A model generated the notes under the pieces. That model saw nothing but the letters and a program-made list of their open reading frames with translations. It searched no databases and was not told where the DNA came from. From positions 4,836,001-4,900,000 of the forward strand of contig CAIIXF020000001.1 of NCBI GenBank assembly GCA_903813345.2: a stretch of DNA of 64,000 nt, in the 5' to 3' direction. Shown piece by piece: positions 52,091-64,000 of the stretch (positions are counted from its first letter, which is position 1; each line of letters opens with the position of its first letter). The DNA comes from Owenia fusiformis (taxonomy: Eukaryota). The position numbers were made by a program, and so were the translations under genes.

Positions 52091-55000
52091 AGCCTCCTGC
52101 GGTGGTCAGTAAACAATAGAATTCAATTAATCATATATCCTAGATGTTATGTTGAAATAACATATGATTAGCCGGTCTTATTAAATTGGAGGAAATGTTC
52201 AGGAGCGCTATAGCAAATAAACGCTAAGGCTTACAAGGCCCGAGGAAATTGACACTCGGAAACTGATGGTTAACATATTTGCATCCCAAACTATCTGAAT
52301 TTTATAATACCTCTGCCTCTTCGTTTTCTTAAAAAATCAATAGCATTCTAAAGAAAATATAGTAAGACGCAAAGGTGGCCTTTTTGGTTTCTTTGATAAG
52401 ATGTTTATAGATCTTTCTGAGTGACTTTCAGTAATCAAGTGTACTAGGTTCGTGATATCATCTAAGTAATAAAACTGGTTCTGTCCAATGTGGCATAAGA
52501 TTTCGAGTACATTTCCAAGTTAACAGCCTGACCACGTAACGCAGAACAAGATTCTATTACGGTATGTTTACTTTTGTCATAGATCACGACCAAGACGTTT
52601 TGATTTCACAAAATCCAGTATTAGTTTTAATGAAGCCAGACCCATATTGACAGTGTATGACCTGTCACAGGTTTAAGTATATTAAATTCCAATTAACAGG
52701 AATATTATATGTACACCTGTTGTTTATTAGCGTGAGATACAACAATCTGTTGATAAAACAACCTTTGTCCTATGGTAGTACTGTATCTACATCCGATCAT
52801 CAATTATAGAAATGTTTTCTAGAGCTTAACTAATGATGAAATAAGCCTCACTTAGCTCATTAGCGAATATTGATTGATTTGAAAGTTAGTCTTGTTAGCT
52901 TTGTGCAATAGGATGGTAATCCAATAATAGAATGCGTAAAATCTATTTTACAAATTGTCTGAATGTAATTAACAAATTCTCATTTCAAGTGTGAGAATAA
53001 TTTCTATTAACCAGTCATATTCAATAAACATAGACTTATTTTCTTCATTATCATATTCTATTCCCTAGAAAAAATGCCGGAATAATCCTTCAATTTTTTT
53101 TCTTTACCCACAGTATTTTGTCCAACACGTTCTATCATCCCGGCGTAATAACTATTGTAACGGTCTAATCGTAGACGCAAAGATTACATTACATTAGTGC
53201 AGTGAAACTTGACTAATCTGAAAGTCGCTGGGACAAAAATGCGCTCGGATTACATTCTCATCGACAGGTTTTTGCGCCCAAGGAATTCACAATTCTAATG
53301 ATCATGAAATATAAGTATTAGCCTATTCAGACTACAATGCGTTGTATTTTGTTTTGAACTAATGCGATTGTAGTTCCATGAGCAATTACTGTCTGGGTGT
53401 AATTATTCATTAATATTATTTTTCGTGGGTCTTTGTTGTAAAATACATTTTCTGATTCCACCTTCATCAACGCATAATGGCAACATTAGTATACAAACCA
53501 ATTAGCTTTTAATGAGTTTTTGAGACATCATACTTTTCTATTATTACGTCTGGTGTGGTTAGGTAGTCAACCTACAATGTTGCATAACCGTATCTAGCAT
53601 ATCATATTTCAATGTAAGATTGGAAAGCGCTAATGAGTCTCTGATGTGTTGTTGCTCTTTTACAATTGGAAACTGGACGTTACAAAAAAAAACAGGAAAT
53701 GACAAAACAGGAAGTGACAAAACCATGCTGGACTTCAAACATTTTTTGAACCAGTTGCCAATTCTAGTAAGGCTTTGCTCTCTTTCCAGTTCCATTGAAA
53801 ACGAACATCATAAAAAGGGAACATCAAATTCTCACATGATTATGGAACAGTGATTCACGTTTGTTTATGTATTTTAAATATAATTGTTCTTGAACTCTCT
53901 TTTAAAAATAGCACAGGTGTGTTATATTGTGGACAAATTAATTCACTCATCTGAACAAAGGTTGTGGCTCTTTCCATGTAAATATATGGGTACTAAGTTA
54001 TTTTTTGTTTTCATCATAATACAATGGTAACGTAGAATCGTAACAAGGATTGTATGATTCATATGTCAAATATATGTATGACATTCGTTTTTATTCTGCC
54101 CATTTCTCACGCCCAACTCCGGTCAAATCATTGCATTGCTCCTAGTTTCATGCTTTGCAAAGGCTCATTATTGATGTAAGGTAGTCAGTAATTGCAACAA
54201 CCTTTATATCATTAATGTTTAGATAACTCAATGACATAGATTGTTTCAGGATTTGAACAATTACAAACTAATCCTGTTGAATGGAATAATTTTCAATTTA
54301 ATAGGGAATTAACAACACATTACAATTACGTTAAGTAAGGTTATACCGGTGGTGAGGGATTGGTGTCTGATGTATAACAGGTTCCCGGGTCCGGGAGAAG
54401 CCCTATGATAAGGATTATTGACGTTAAATCAAGTAAAGATATAGTTGCAGCCTAGCTGAGTAGCTAGTCCCTTTTGCTCGAGCGCCAGACTCTACCGCTA
54501 GACTATAGCTCCCCGGACAAGCGTGCCCAGGGTCGTTACACTTCCATCGAAAAGTTTGACAACCTAAATCCTCCCATACCTTAAATATGTCACATAAAGT
54601 GCATACATGAATATCTGATATTTTCAATGGAAATTACTTGACAATCAACAAATAAGAGTTTAGTTAGTATGGTAACTATGGTAACCAATGTCATGAGTCG
54701 GTGTGGTCAAGTTCAGCTTACGTCTCTTTTAGACGGCTGTGTTTTGAGTATTGATGCCACTAGACCAATTGATTTAATGGACGAGTGAATGTAAGGTAAA
54801 TTCAGATATGTTAGGATGAACATGTAACAAGTACACATCTTCGTCGAACGATGGAAACATGAATTTCTGAATTTCTCATCCTGCAATAAGGTAGTTTCTA
54901 TATAGGCCTAACTGAATTAAGCTGATTTAATAGATGGCACCCTTATGGGTCTTTGTTTTGGATGGGCCACACTGCCATAGACTTCCATGTTATAAAATAG

Positions 55001-55188
55001 CAATATTCACATAATTTCATGATTTTCATTTTATATCAAAAAGTGTCGGTTGAATCTGTTTGAAACTCGAATGGCATACTATTGGAGGAAGCTGTTATGT
55101 ACATATAACGAACATTTGATTGTCGAACGAATGATCTAAGGTTTTAAAGTTTAGCATTGCATCAATGGAGATTTGGCCCAAATTAGAA

Positions 55189-55914
55189 AAGGAGCACGTG
55201 GGTTATCGCAAACAATTTCAGAAGGTTATATCTTGGATTATGACTATTTTCTGACAATGAAGACAAGTTTATCTTTTAGATCAATTCATTATCTCAAAAA
55301 AAATTATGCACAGTAATAATAAATTCAAACAAACTCGGAGATATTTAACTAGCAATTAATCCATCAACACACTTTTTGACCCCATTTTGAAGATGTTGAC
55401 CCCATTTTCACCAAAAATGCAATCACTTTTTACAATGTTTAATGCATTGCTATTCTTTATTTTGATGTATCAAATAGTTCTTGAAAGAAAAACTTAATTG
55501 CATTAAGATAAGTGTTCCCCATGTTATTTCTCCATTGAAAAATCTCATGCTATCCATTGGTTTCAGTTCATTTTGGTCATCCAAATTGAATATCTTTAAA
55601 GTCCCCGGAGCAATCAAATTTTCCTTTTAGGAAATCGAACATGTCTCAAAGCACATTCTAATTATGCATTCAACAATATAATAATAGGTTGCATTTTTGG
55701 TGAAAATTAGGTCAACATTTTTGAAAAAGTATGTTGATTTGTCCATTGCCCCTTCAATATCACTTAGGTCTGATTAACTGAATTATCATTATATATACTT
55801 TTCTTGAAGATAATGAATGGATCTAAAAGATACACCCATGTTCATAATCAGAAAATATTCATAATTCAAGTTAGAATCGTTTGAAATTGTTTGCGATAAC
55901 CTACGTGCTCCTTT
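55189..55914. mobile_element. Foldback MITE (AAAGGAGCACGT...ACGTGCTCCTTT)
   Basis: Long degenerate inverted arms beginning AAAGGAGCACGTGGGTTATCGCAAACAATTTC. Confidence 0.75.
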
Positions 55915-55960
55915 AGAAAAGTTGGAAAAAGCCACAACTGCATGTATAAATCAAAGGATA

Positions 55961-56682
55961 GGTATCGATATGGAGAACTGAATTCAACAATGTTTTTCTC
56001 TTAAACCAATCTTTGAAAACATTCTGTAAAAAAAACATGGTATTTTATGTAATGTTGACAACAATTTAATGCGAAAATTATTTAGAAATATTTCATATAA
56101 CTGTTTTTGTTAAGATTTTTTGTTTTTTAGTGCAATTGTTTTTGCTCCTTTCTACCAATTCTTGAGATTGAAATACTAGTATAGTAAGATGTCTTTCCGA
56201 ACCTTGTTGGAACAAGATAGCATATACAACATGTTTTTAGACCTCTCAATATTAAAGCTATACAAAGGATTTTTTGGTTGATTTTAAAAAAGTATTCAAA
56301 AAATTAAAACAAAATCCCCCCAAAATAGATAAAAATCAAGAAAAACCTTTTATTTCATTAACAAGATACTTTTTTAAAATCAACCAAAATTTCCTTTGTA
56401 CAATTACAATATTGAGAGACCTAAACAAACATGTTGTTTATGTCGTTTTGTTCCAATGAGGTTCGGAAAGATGTGTCATTTCACTCACACGATACTAAGA
56501 ACAAAACAAGTGTTTGATGTGTTTTTTAAAACAATATAGATGAAAGTTTGTATATCTATTTCAAATTATATTGTTACCATTCAAAAGATGGCCATTAAAT
56601 TGACAATTTGTAAGATTTTCAGAAATGTTTGATGACTGGTTTAAGAGAAACGTGTGTTCAAAAAGTTCGCCATATCGATACC
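55961..56682. mobile_element. MITE, same family as 50367-50679, with an internal inverted duplication
   Basis: GGTATCGATATGGAGAAC...GTTCGCCATATCGATACC. Confidence 0.75.
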
Positions 56683-57731
56683 CATTCTTTATTCTTGTAG
56701 AAAACGTTTCATTGAATATATATGCTATTTAGAGTATTAGTAGATACGCGTAATTGGAACATCCTTTGAGTACGAGGGTAAAAAATGACACCATTTTTTG
56801 TTCCAGGGTTTTAAGTACCATGTTGAAAAGTGCTCTCATGAATATGAAAATGAGACTTTTGAAGTGCCACGATTTTTTTGCTCTCTGTTACACTCAGTAA
56901 ACAGGCGAATTCCGTTGAGGTATGAAAGTAATAAACTATGGAACAAATTAAACCAACAGTTCGTGTGCCATTTATTCAATACTCAATTTCTTTTCAAAAA
57001 ACCTCGTAGCAAAGGAGTAGGTGGGTGAATTAGGAAAATATTTACGTGAAGCACCCAGTAGTTTACAATATTGATAACATTTTCCCACAAGGCGAGGCGT
57101 GTCCGATTCCAGCCAATCCGAACACAGTATTTCATATGCAGTGCATTATATAACCAATCACTGCACCCAAAGTCATTCAAATATATGTTTGTTCAGGTGA
57201 CAACATAACTCTACAGATTGAAAGTGATGCTTAACCAACTTGACCCTTGCAAAAAGTTTCATTGAAAATATGTTCTTTTAGTGATTTTGCAATGTGTAAA
57301 AAGAATTTAAGCCCAAGACTTGATTGTGCCTGATTCATTCCACTCAGGCGTTGTTTCCTAAACTTTGCATTCCTGCTGCGGGGTCATGTCAAGATTTGAA
57401 AACGACACCTTCAAGGGAATGATTCAGTCCACATTGTTATTCATTTATTTTAAAGTTTTTGAAGCTCTCGTTCGCTAAATAAGTAGTAATGGTGGAAATA
57501 TATGTAAATATTATAAAAAAGCTAGAAAAGAAAAGAACATTTCAGAGTGCGATAGGATGGTGTAGTTTTCATAATCAATAGCTAGTTTGTGGAACGGTAG
57601 GCTATTATCAAGGAGAATATCACACAGATAATATGCCAATTGCATTGAGTATGTCATTTTTTAATAAAATGAACAAATAAGTGAAAAATAAATCATGAGG
57701 TTTGCTTTGTGCTTTTGACCTCTACTCAATC

Positions 57732-58322
57732 CAAACTAGTTCTCAAACCGTCCAATACCGTCCTAAAAATCGTAAGATGATTGTTGTAGAGATACAAAGT
57801 CGTCAATTACTAATGTATAAACCTATTTACGAATACATTTATTTACGTATTACAATTTGAAATCGTGTTTTCAAGCCCCTCAGAACTATTTATTTTTGAA
57901 CGTATTTGCACGAATAAGGACGTAACTCGGGCGAGTTGGACCTGTCTACGAATAGAATGAACGGATAACGACTGAATAAGGACGTAATTCAGGCGAGTTG
58001 GACCTGTCTACGAATAGAATGAACGGATAACGACAGAATAAGGACGTAATTCGGGCGAGTTGGGCCTGTCTACGAATAGAATAAACGGATAACGACTGAA
58101 TAAGGACGTAATTCGGGTGAATTGGACCTGTCTACGAATACGAATAGAATGAACGGACTACGATTGAATGGCTGCCAGAAAAGTTTTAAACAGGCTCAAC
58201 GTTCTTGAACACATTCACTTCTGAGCACGTCCATAAAAAACGTTAAAGACTACGTCCAATCCGTTCTTATGCAGATTAAGCTCATTTGGCAAAAAGTCAA
58301 GAGCGTATTGAGAACTAGTTTG
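57732..58322. mobile_element. MITE-like element enclosing a 62-bp tandem array
   Basis: Inverted CAAACTAGTTCTCAA / TTGAGAACTAGTTTG flank the array. Confidence 0.6.
57912..58168. repeat. 62-bp minisatellite, about 4 copies
   Basis: GAATAAGGACGTAA units start at 57912, 57974, 58036 and 58098. Confidence 0.92.
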
Positions 58323-61300
58323 GTGTGACCGCAGGAACGTTGTGTTAGTTCTAATTGAAGGCAGAAAGGTGTGATGAGTTTCGGAATGAGTTTGGTATGA
58401 TTTTGCAATGGGAAAGCAGAATATCGAAATATAAGTTATATCATGGGTAGGATTACTACTGCGATGCTCTTCATGTTATTAGCAACAATTTGTCAATATT
58501 AAATAATTAAACTAACAATGGAGACCGGTATACTGGTAATGTTCCAATACAAGTTGTGATTTGGAGAACAAAGGGAGATTGGTGTACCAGAATAATCATT
58601 TACCTGGTTATTGCGTGCTAAACTTCCATTCAATAATAGCCATAACTGATCGGTTTAATGATGAGAGAATTCTAATCAAATTGAGAACAATGCTCATATT
58701 GGTCATAAATGTGTTCATCGTTGATCACTACCACTTACACCTACTCGTAAGATGCGCATGGAATGAGCATGATGCTCGACGAGGTAACAATTACAGTTCC
58801 TTCTTTAAGGAAATAATTGAATAAAAAATAACAATCGGTTCTGGTGAACTCATACTGTGTATTTCATTCCATTAAAAATATAAAGTTTAATCATTTTAAC
58901 ACATGGAATGTGTTATTCCATCGACTTTAAATGGCGGTGGTTGTGGCGTTAATATCCCCTACGGGAAAATACGCGTGTCAGTTACTTATCTATTTTCATT
59001 TTAAGGCAAGCGTTATTAGATCGTTTGTGGCTGGGAAAAGTATTTGCCAGACATTAAGGCAGGGGATTCAACGGTCTCATCAATATTTTATTGAGAAAGT
59101 ATACTTCTTTACTTTAACTTAAACTTTAACTGTGTAAATGATGTCGAATGGTACGTGGATATCATCTTTTAAAATACCTCGTTTATTTTCAACCCTGTCG
59201 TTTAGTGAATCGAATTCATGTGACAAGTAAAACTAAATGTTATATGGAGTTCTAGAAAATTGTAATTGATAAGTAAAAATAAATGGTCCGAATCAGATCA
59301 CTGTCTTGGCATTTTACGAACGCCCACTGAACGGCGATTTAAATGCATTGTGAGCCAGTGGTCGATTCTAACTCTGTCTCAAATATTGACTCAAGAATCA
59401 ATCATTTGCTGAAGACAGGCCTAATAATAACTGCTTACATTTATCAGAACTGTGCGCCTATTAAAAATTCAAATATCGCTAATTGAATATTTGCAAAGTT
59501 CTTATTTTGTATTGTCAATCAATGGTAAAGTAATTACTCCATCATTTATTTAAACTTGTACACACGTAGGAGATGGAATTCTAATCGTTCAGCACATTAA
59601 CATGTGTCAGATCTTCCTAATTTTAGTCAAATGAGAAGCAAAAATTATAATGAAATAATGTGGAACAGAATTCAAAGAAGCTGTTATCTTTACAATAGCG
59701 TATTAATATTACATACCGTTTTACGGTATAGAATAGATAAGTACCTTAAACACCGTAGGGTCTTTTGGTTCACTGATATCTCTCGCCTAATCCTCATGCG
59801 AAATCATAATTCAACGCCACATTTTTGAGTAAAAATAAAGCATTGCAATTATTTTAGGAACCAACGCAACGCACATCACCTCTCTTGTACATCTGTCTTA
59901 ATACGCGATAAGGTATGAACCATTTGGAATCGCTAATCAAGTGAATTATTAGATATGATTTGACAGTTTATATTGAGAGATGCGTTTTTACAGCCACGAT
60001 AGCTGCCAAAAGAATTCAAAGTAGACGTACTTTACAAAACATCATACACGGGTTGCTGAAGAAGATTAACTGAGAGTGTATGCCCTTTCCTTTATCTGAA
60101 ATTGCAGCATGCATAATAAAGTGTTTCGGCTTTCCAAGCTTGCATTCAGATTGTTAATTTGGGGAAGTGAACTCTCATAGGTTTAACCGTTTATATCTGA
60201 AGAACACGTGTAAATTATACTTTATCACATTTTAAAACATCTAAACAAATATACAGTAAAACAATAACTGTCTAATCCGAACACCTCACAATGTGAACAA
60301 CTTTTTAATCCCATTTTAATCTGTAATAGACGTCCATGTTAAAAAACTCAAAATATGAACACCTTACCCGAACATGTTTTGGCCATTTGTTCGACAGATT
60401 CTACTGTATGCACTCTTGAAAGCCCATGATCGAAGCAATCAACAAATAACAGAATGATTTCATAACATAGTAAGAATATTGATCTTTGCGATTATAAGCC
60501 CAAAATCAAGTTTACTTCGTGAACGTAAGTCATCGACTCTATACACAAGTGTTTAACCTTAATATAACTTAATACACCCCCGCGAGCGTGAATACAGGCT
60601 AAGGGTCTCAAAAACTGATATCATCTAATTTTGGGGATACTGGTGGTATACTTAGTACTAATTATACTTGTACTAACTAAGTAGCATCCACAGCTTTGAA
60701 ATAATGAGAAATCACATTTTTGCTAGCTACATGTATGTTTTCATTTTTAACATGTATGGACACTCAATGTACACTAAAATATCAATAAAATGTCCAGTAT
60801 TTTAGGGTACCAGTACCATCCTGTGCATGTACGCGAAATACGCAACTGCATGCTATAAATAAAATCAAGTACTCTTTGATATACTTCCAGTATTTGTTGT
60901 ATGATATAATTTTCCAATAAAATGATATATCACATATGAGAAATGGATTAATATGTTGTATTCACACACTTAATTGAACCTAGGGGATTCTTTTGCCAGG
61001 CTTGTGAATCATGAGATTATAAATGACTGATTTTGTACGAATTACCTATTTATCTCTCAATGTTATGATTTCTAATATATTAATGCTGACTGTGGTTTTG
61101 TTTTAAAGGGTTATTTCGGTGGTTTACATCATGGTCTTAAGTAACAAGTTTGACTGTCAAAAGCGAACGTTTTCCTTTTTTTAAGATTTTGGTCATAAAC
61201 CTCAATCAAACACTGCGTCTATATTTAAACTTCATTGGTGTGAGCTGCTTTAATTTGGCAGCTTTAGCATGTTATACTATGTTGTTTTTCACAAAAAATT

Positions 61301-61347
61301 TCTAATGTGAACGACACCTCCAATGCAAACAAAAAGTTTTGGTACTT

Positions 61348-61518
61348 ATAAGATACACCCCCTTCTATAAGTTTGGCAAAAAGTTACGTTTCCATCAATA
61401 TTATAAGTTATTTCATTGCAGGCTAAGTAAATAAAAATTCAAACGTAAAGAGGCTTTAACACGTAGTTCAATGGGGGAGCTAAGGTTGCCAAACTTATGG
61501 AGGGGAGTGTAACTCATA
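61348..61518. mobile_element. Short MITE
   Basis: TACACCCCCTTCTATAAGTTTGGCAA and TTGCCAAACTTATGGAGGGGAGTGTA are inverted. Confidence 0.6.
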
Positions 61519-63606
61519 GCTCTTGATCAATTTAAAAATGGGAAATCAATCTTTTTCCAGATGTGAAGGTCATTATAACTGTACAAGTATCATTAGTGTT
61601 GCTGTTGTAATTATACAAGGCATTAATATGCAAAATGTCACCACCTGCCATTTGTTACAGGTGCTGATGTTTCAGACACCAAACGCCATCCACAAACGAG
61701 TTGGAGACTATAACAATATGTCTCCACTTCTAGTTGTGCCATAAAAAATACAAATTAATTTTTTGCTATCTACAATTTTGTAAAAACCTTTATTTCATAA
61801 GCTACTATTTTATACATTGAATTATGATGTATACAGAGCAAAAATGTCTATAAAATATAACTATAGGCCTGTAGGCTAATCTTTCAAATATACATATAAT
61901 GTTTATGTGTAGATACTTTTAAAGTTTTACAATCAGATACATAAAATATACAATACAAGTGTATAACTAATATATACCAACAAATATACACAGTCTTTTA
62001 ATAAATAATATCAATATCAATAAATATCAAAATATTTCATTTTGAATACGTATATAATAAAATGGACGGCAATTTGTACAGAGATCCAATTTGGTGTTTA
62101 AATCATGAGAAATCCCCAATACACATGATGCTTTTCACCAATTCTTTTTACCTTTCTGTGTAATTTCAAAATTGAGAAGTCATTCTAAATATATACCAGC
62201 AAAATTTAGACTCAATTTTTATTTAATCATACCTTATATAAGAGTGTACACAATTAGGGATGTTATGTGATCAGTTGCATCATGGTCTCTTGAAAGCCCA
62301 TGGTTGCATAAATCAGACTTCTAGCTGTTTCCATGCATAACTGAATGGGCAAATGTTAAACTTACCAGTAACTACTGATGTTTTTGCACAATCATTTGGA
62401 CGTCTTTTTTAAAACTGCTTAGTTTAAAATGTTCTTTGTAAAGCAACCATTTAGAAAATCTTACCATTATCCTATCCATTGCTACCACAAAAACAGTTGC
62501 TGAGATCTATGAATTTCCCTTGCTTGCTTTCCAGCAAGCCTAGGTGTAAAGCTTCAAGATTTGTTGACAACAAAATTATACAGATGCAGGTATACAGATT
62601 TGTACAAAGATGCAACCAGCAAATATCACATTTCCCAAGCTACAAAACAGCTTGCCTTCCATCAATAATTCAAAAATCATGAAATACACCTTTCTGATTT
62701 CTGATAACAAAATACAGTAATATAGATGCGGAAATATATGATCATACTTGTACAAGATGATTGTGATCAATGCAAACCGCATATAACGTTTCTCAAAAAA
62801 ACCAAACTAATATGCCTTCTCAGACCTTCCATTATGACATGCAATTTTCAGATCTTTGCATAATAAAAAGCAATAGGTTGCAAGTATAACAACTATAAAG
62901 ATTGCATAAATAGATTCAATCTGTATCCTAATAAATGATGCATTTATACTGAGCTATTACAGTATTAGGAGGATGCTTTACTCTTCCTTTTTTCCCCTAG
63001 CCTGAAAAACCAAATCTGCTTTTCTGGAATGTTACTTGCTTAAACTCAAGTCAGCTGTATAACGCTCAAAACGTTAAAAGTATTGTTAAGTCCAATTGGC
63101 TTTATGGTGAAAAATCACTCATATCTGAATGTTCTTATATCACTATAAAATCAGCCACTTGTATAATATCAATGCTAAGTATTATGCTATGCTTCACTTG
63201 CAGACATTCCTTCCATACTCTGAAAAACAAGATGAACATATTATTGATATGAGAGTTGTATCAAACATACATGGAGCTAGAATAACCAAACCATATAGAC
63301 AAAGGACACAATTTATCAAAAGGAAAGTAAAATGGAACATTAATAGAAATTTAACATGCTAAAAAAATCTAAATCACTGGAACCAATGTGTTTTCCCATT
63401 CTATTTATTTCTCCCTCAAAAAACAATTTAATAGATGTGTCATGCATGTAACCAAGAAGATATTGTGAAATCAGATTTGAGAATGAAATAATTTGAATTA
63501 AGAAACACAATATGCTTTTTAAATAATAAAATAACTAAAGAGGATTGCTTGGTTCTTCAATTTTTATATAATAACACAATACTTTTGAAATAAACTTAGG
63601 TCAATA

Positions 63607-64000
63607 CAGGGTGTCAAATAAGTCCCGTCCCCCCTGCTACAGCTAAAGCCTTAACAGACGGTACCTAATGTGATATACCATTGGAAAGATCATTCAAAGT
63701 TATGTTAACTCACCAACTCTCAAGTATTTTGGATGAAATTTACCTATATTTTTATGATGTCTTTTATAGTTAACGTGCCCTCCTTTAAGTAGCTTTTTGC
63801 GTCAAAATGAAAAGGATATGACCTCAGAAATATGTCAAAAAGTTGATCTTTTTCGCATTCCACTTGTTACAAAATGGTTTTCAGCACTTTCCTTGCCCCT
63901 CTATTTTCTACACATCTAACCCTATCCAGAAATTGGTTAAATTCATTGCCATAAACATATTTAGTCATCTTTTGGTCCTTGACCTTTCTTAAACCTGATT
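63607..64000. mobile_element. Tc1/mariner-type MITE, same family as 4346-4838, cut by the window edge
   Basis: TA|CAGGGTGTCAAATAAGTCCCGTCCCCC, with an interior collinear with 4346-4690. Confidence 0.85.

Noticed and set aside
57912-58168. CRISPR-like regular repeats
   Set aside because: Units are contiguous with no unique spacers, there are no cas genes, and the context is eukaryotic.

Overview
AT-rich, intron-rich animal genomic DNA, not prokaryotic; the FCAP-type neuropeptide and the repeat families suggest a lophotrochozoan (annelid, mollusc or brachiopod). Five protein-coding genes were reconstructed by hand from GT-AG splice sites and reading-frame phase: (1) a 12-exon SLC23/nucleobase-ascorbate transporter (+, 3945-9526) with an apparent net 1-nt frameshift in exon 6; (2) a 7-exon CRAL-TRIO/alpha-tocopherol-transfer-like gene (-, 14119-11316); (3) a CLIC chloride channel with a single coding exon (-, 24624-23845); (4) SREK1IP1 (+, 34718-38739); (5) a 2-exon FCAP-like neuropeptide precursor with 20 peptide copies (-, 51984-49000). 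A full-length 7SL (SRP) RNA gene lies at about 18308-18605 (-). The rest is rich in non-autonomous DNA transposons: Transib-like, Merlin-like, Tc1/mariner, TTAA-flanked foldback, Helentron-type with an internal satellite, and Crypton-like hairpin elements, plus a 3' LINE fragment. The strongest unexplained signal is candidate programmed stop-codon readthrough in SREK1IP1: UGA-CUAG, an adjacent stem-loop, and a 39-codon in-frame His/Lys-rich extension. Family assignments come from remembered motifs; no database search was run.
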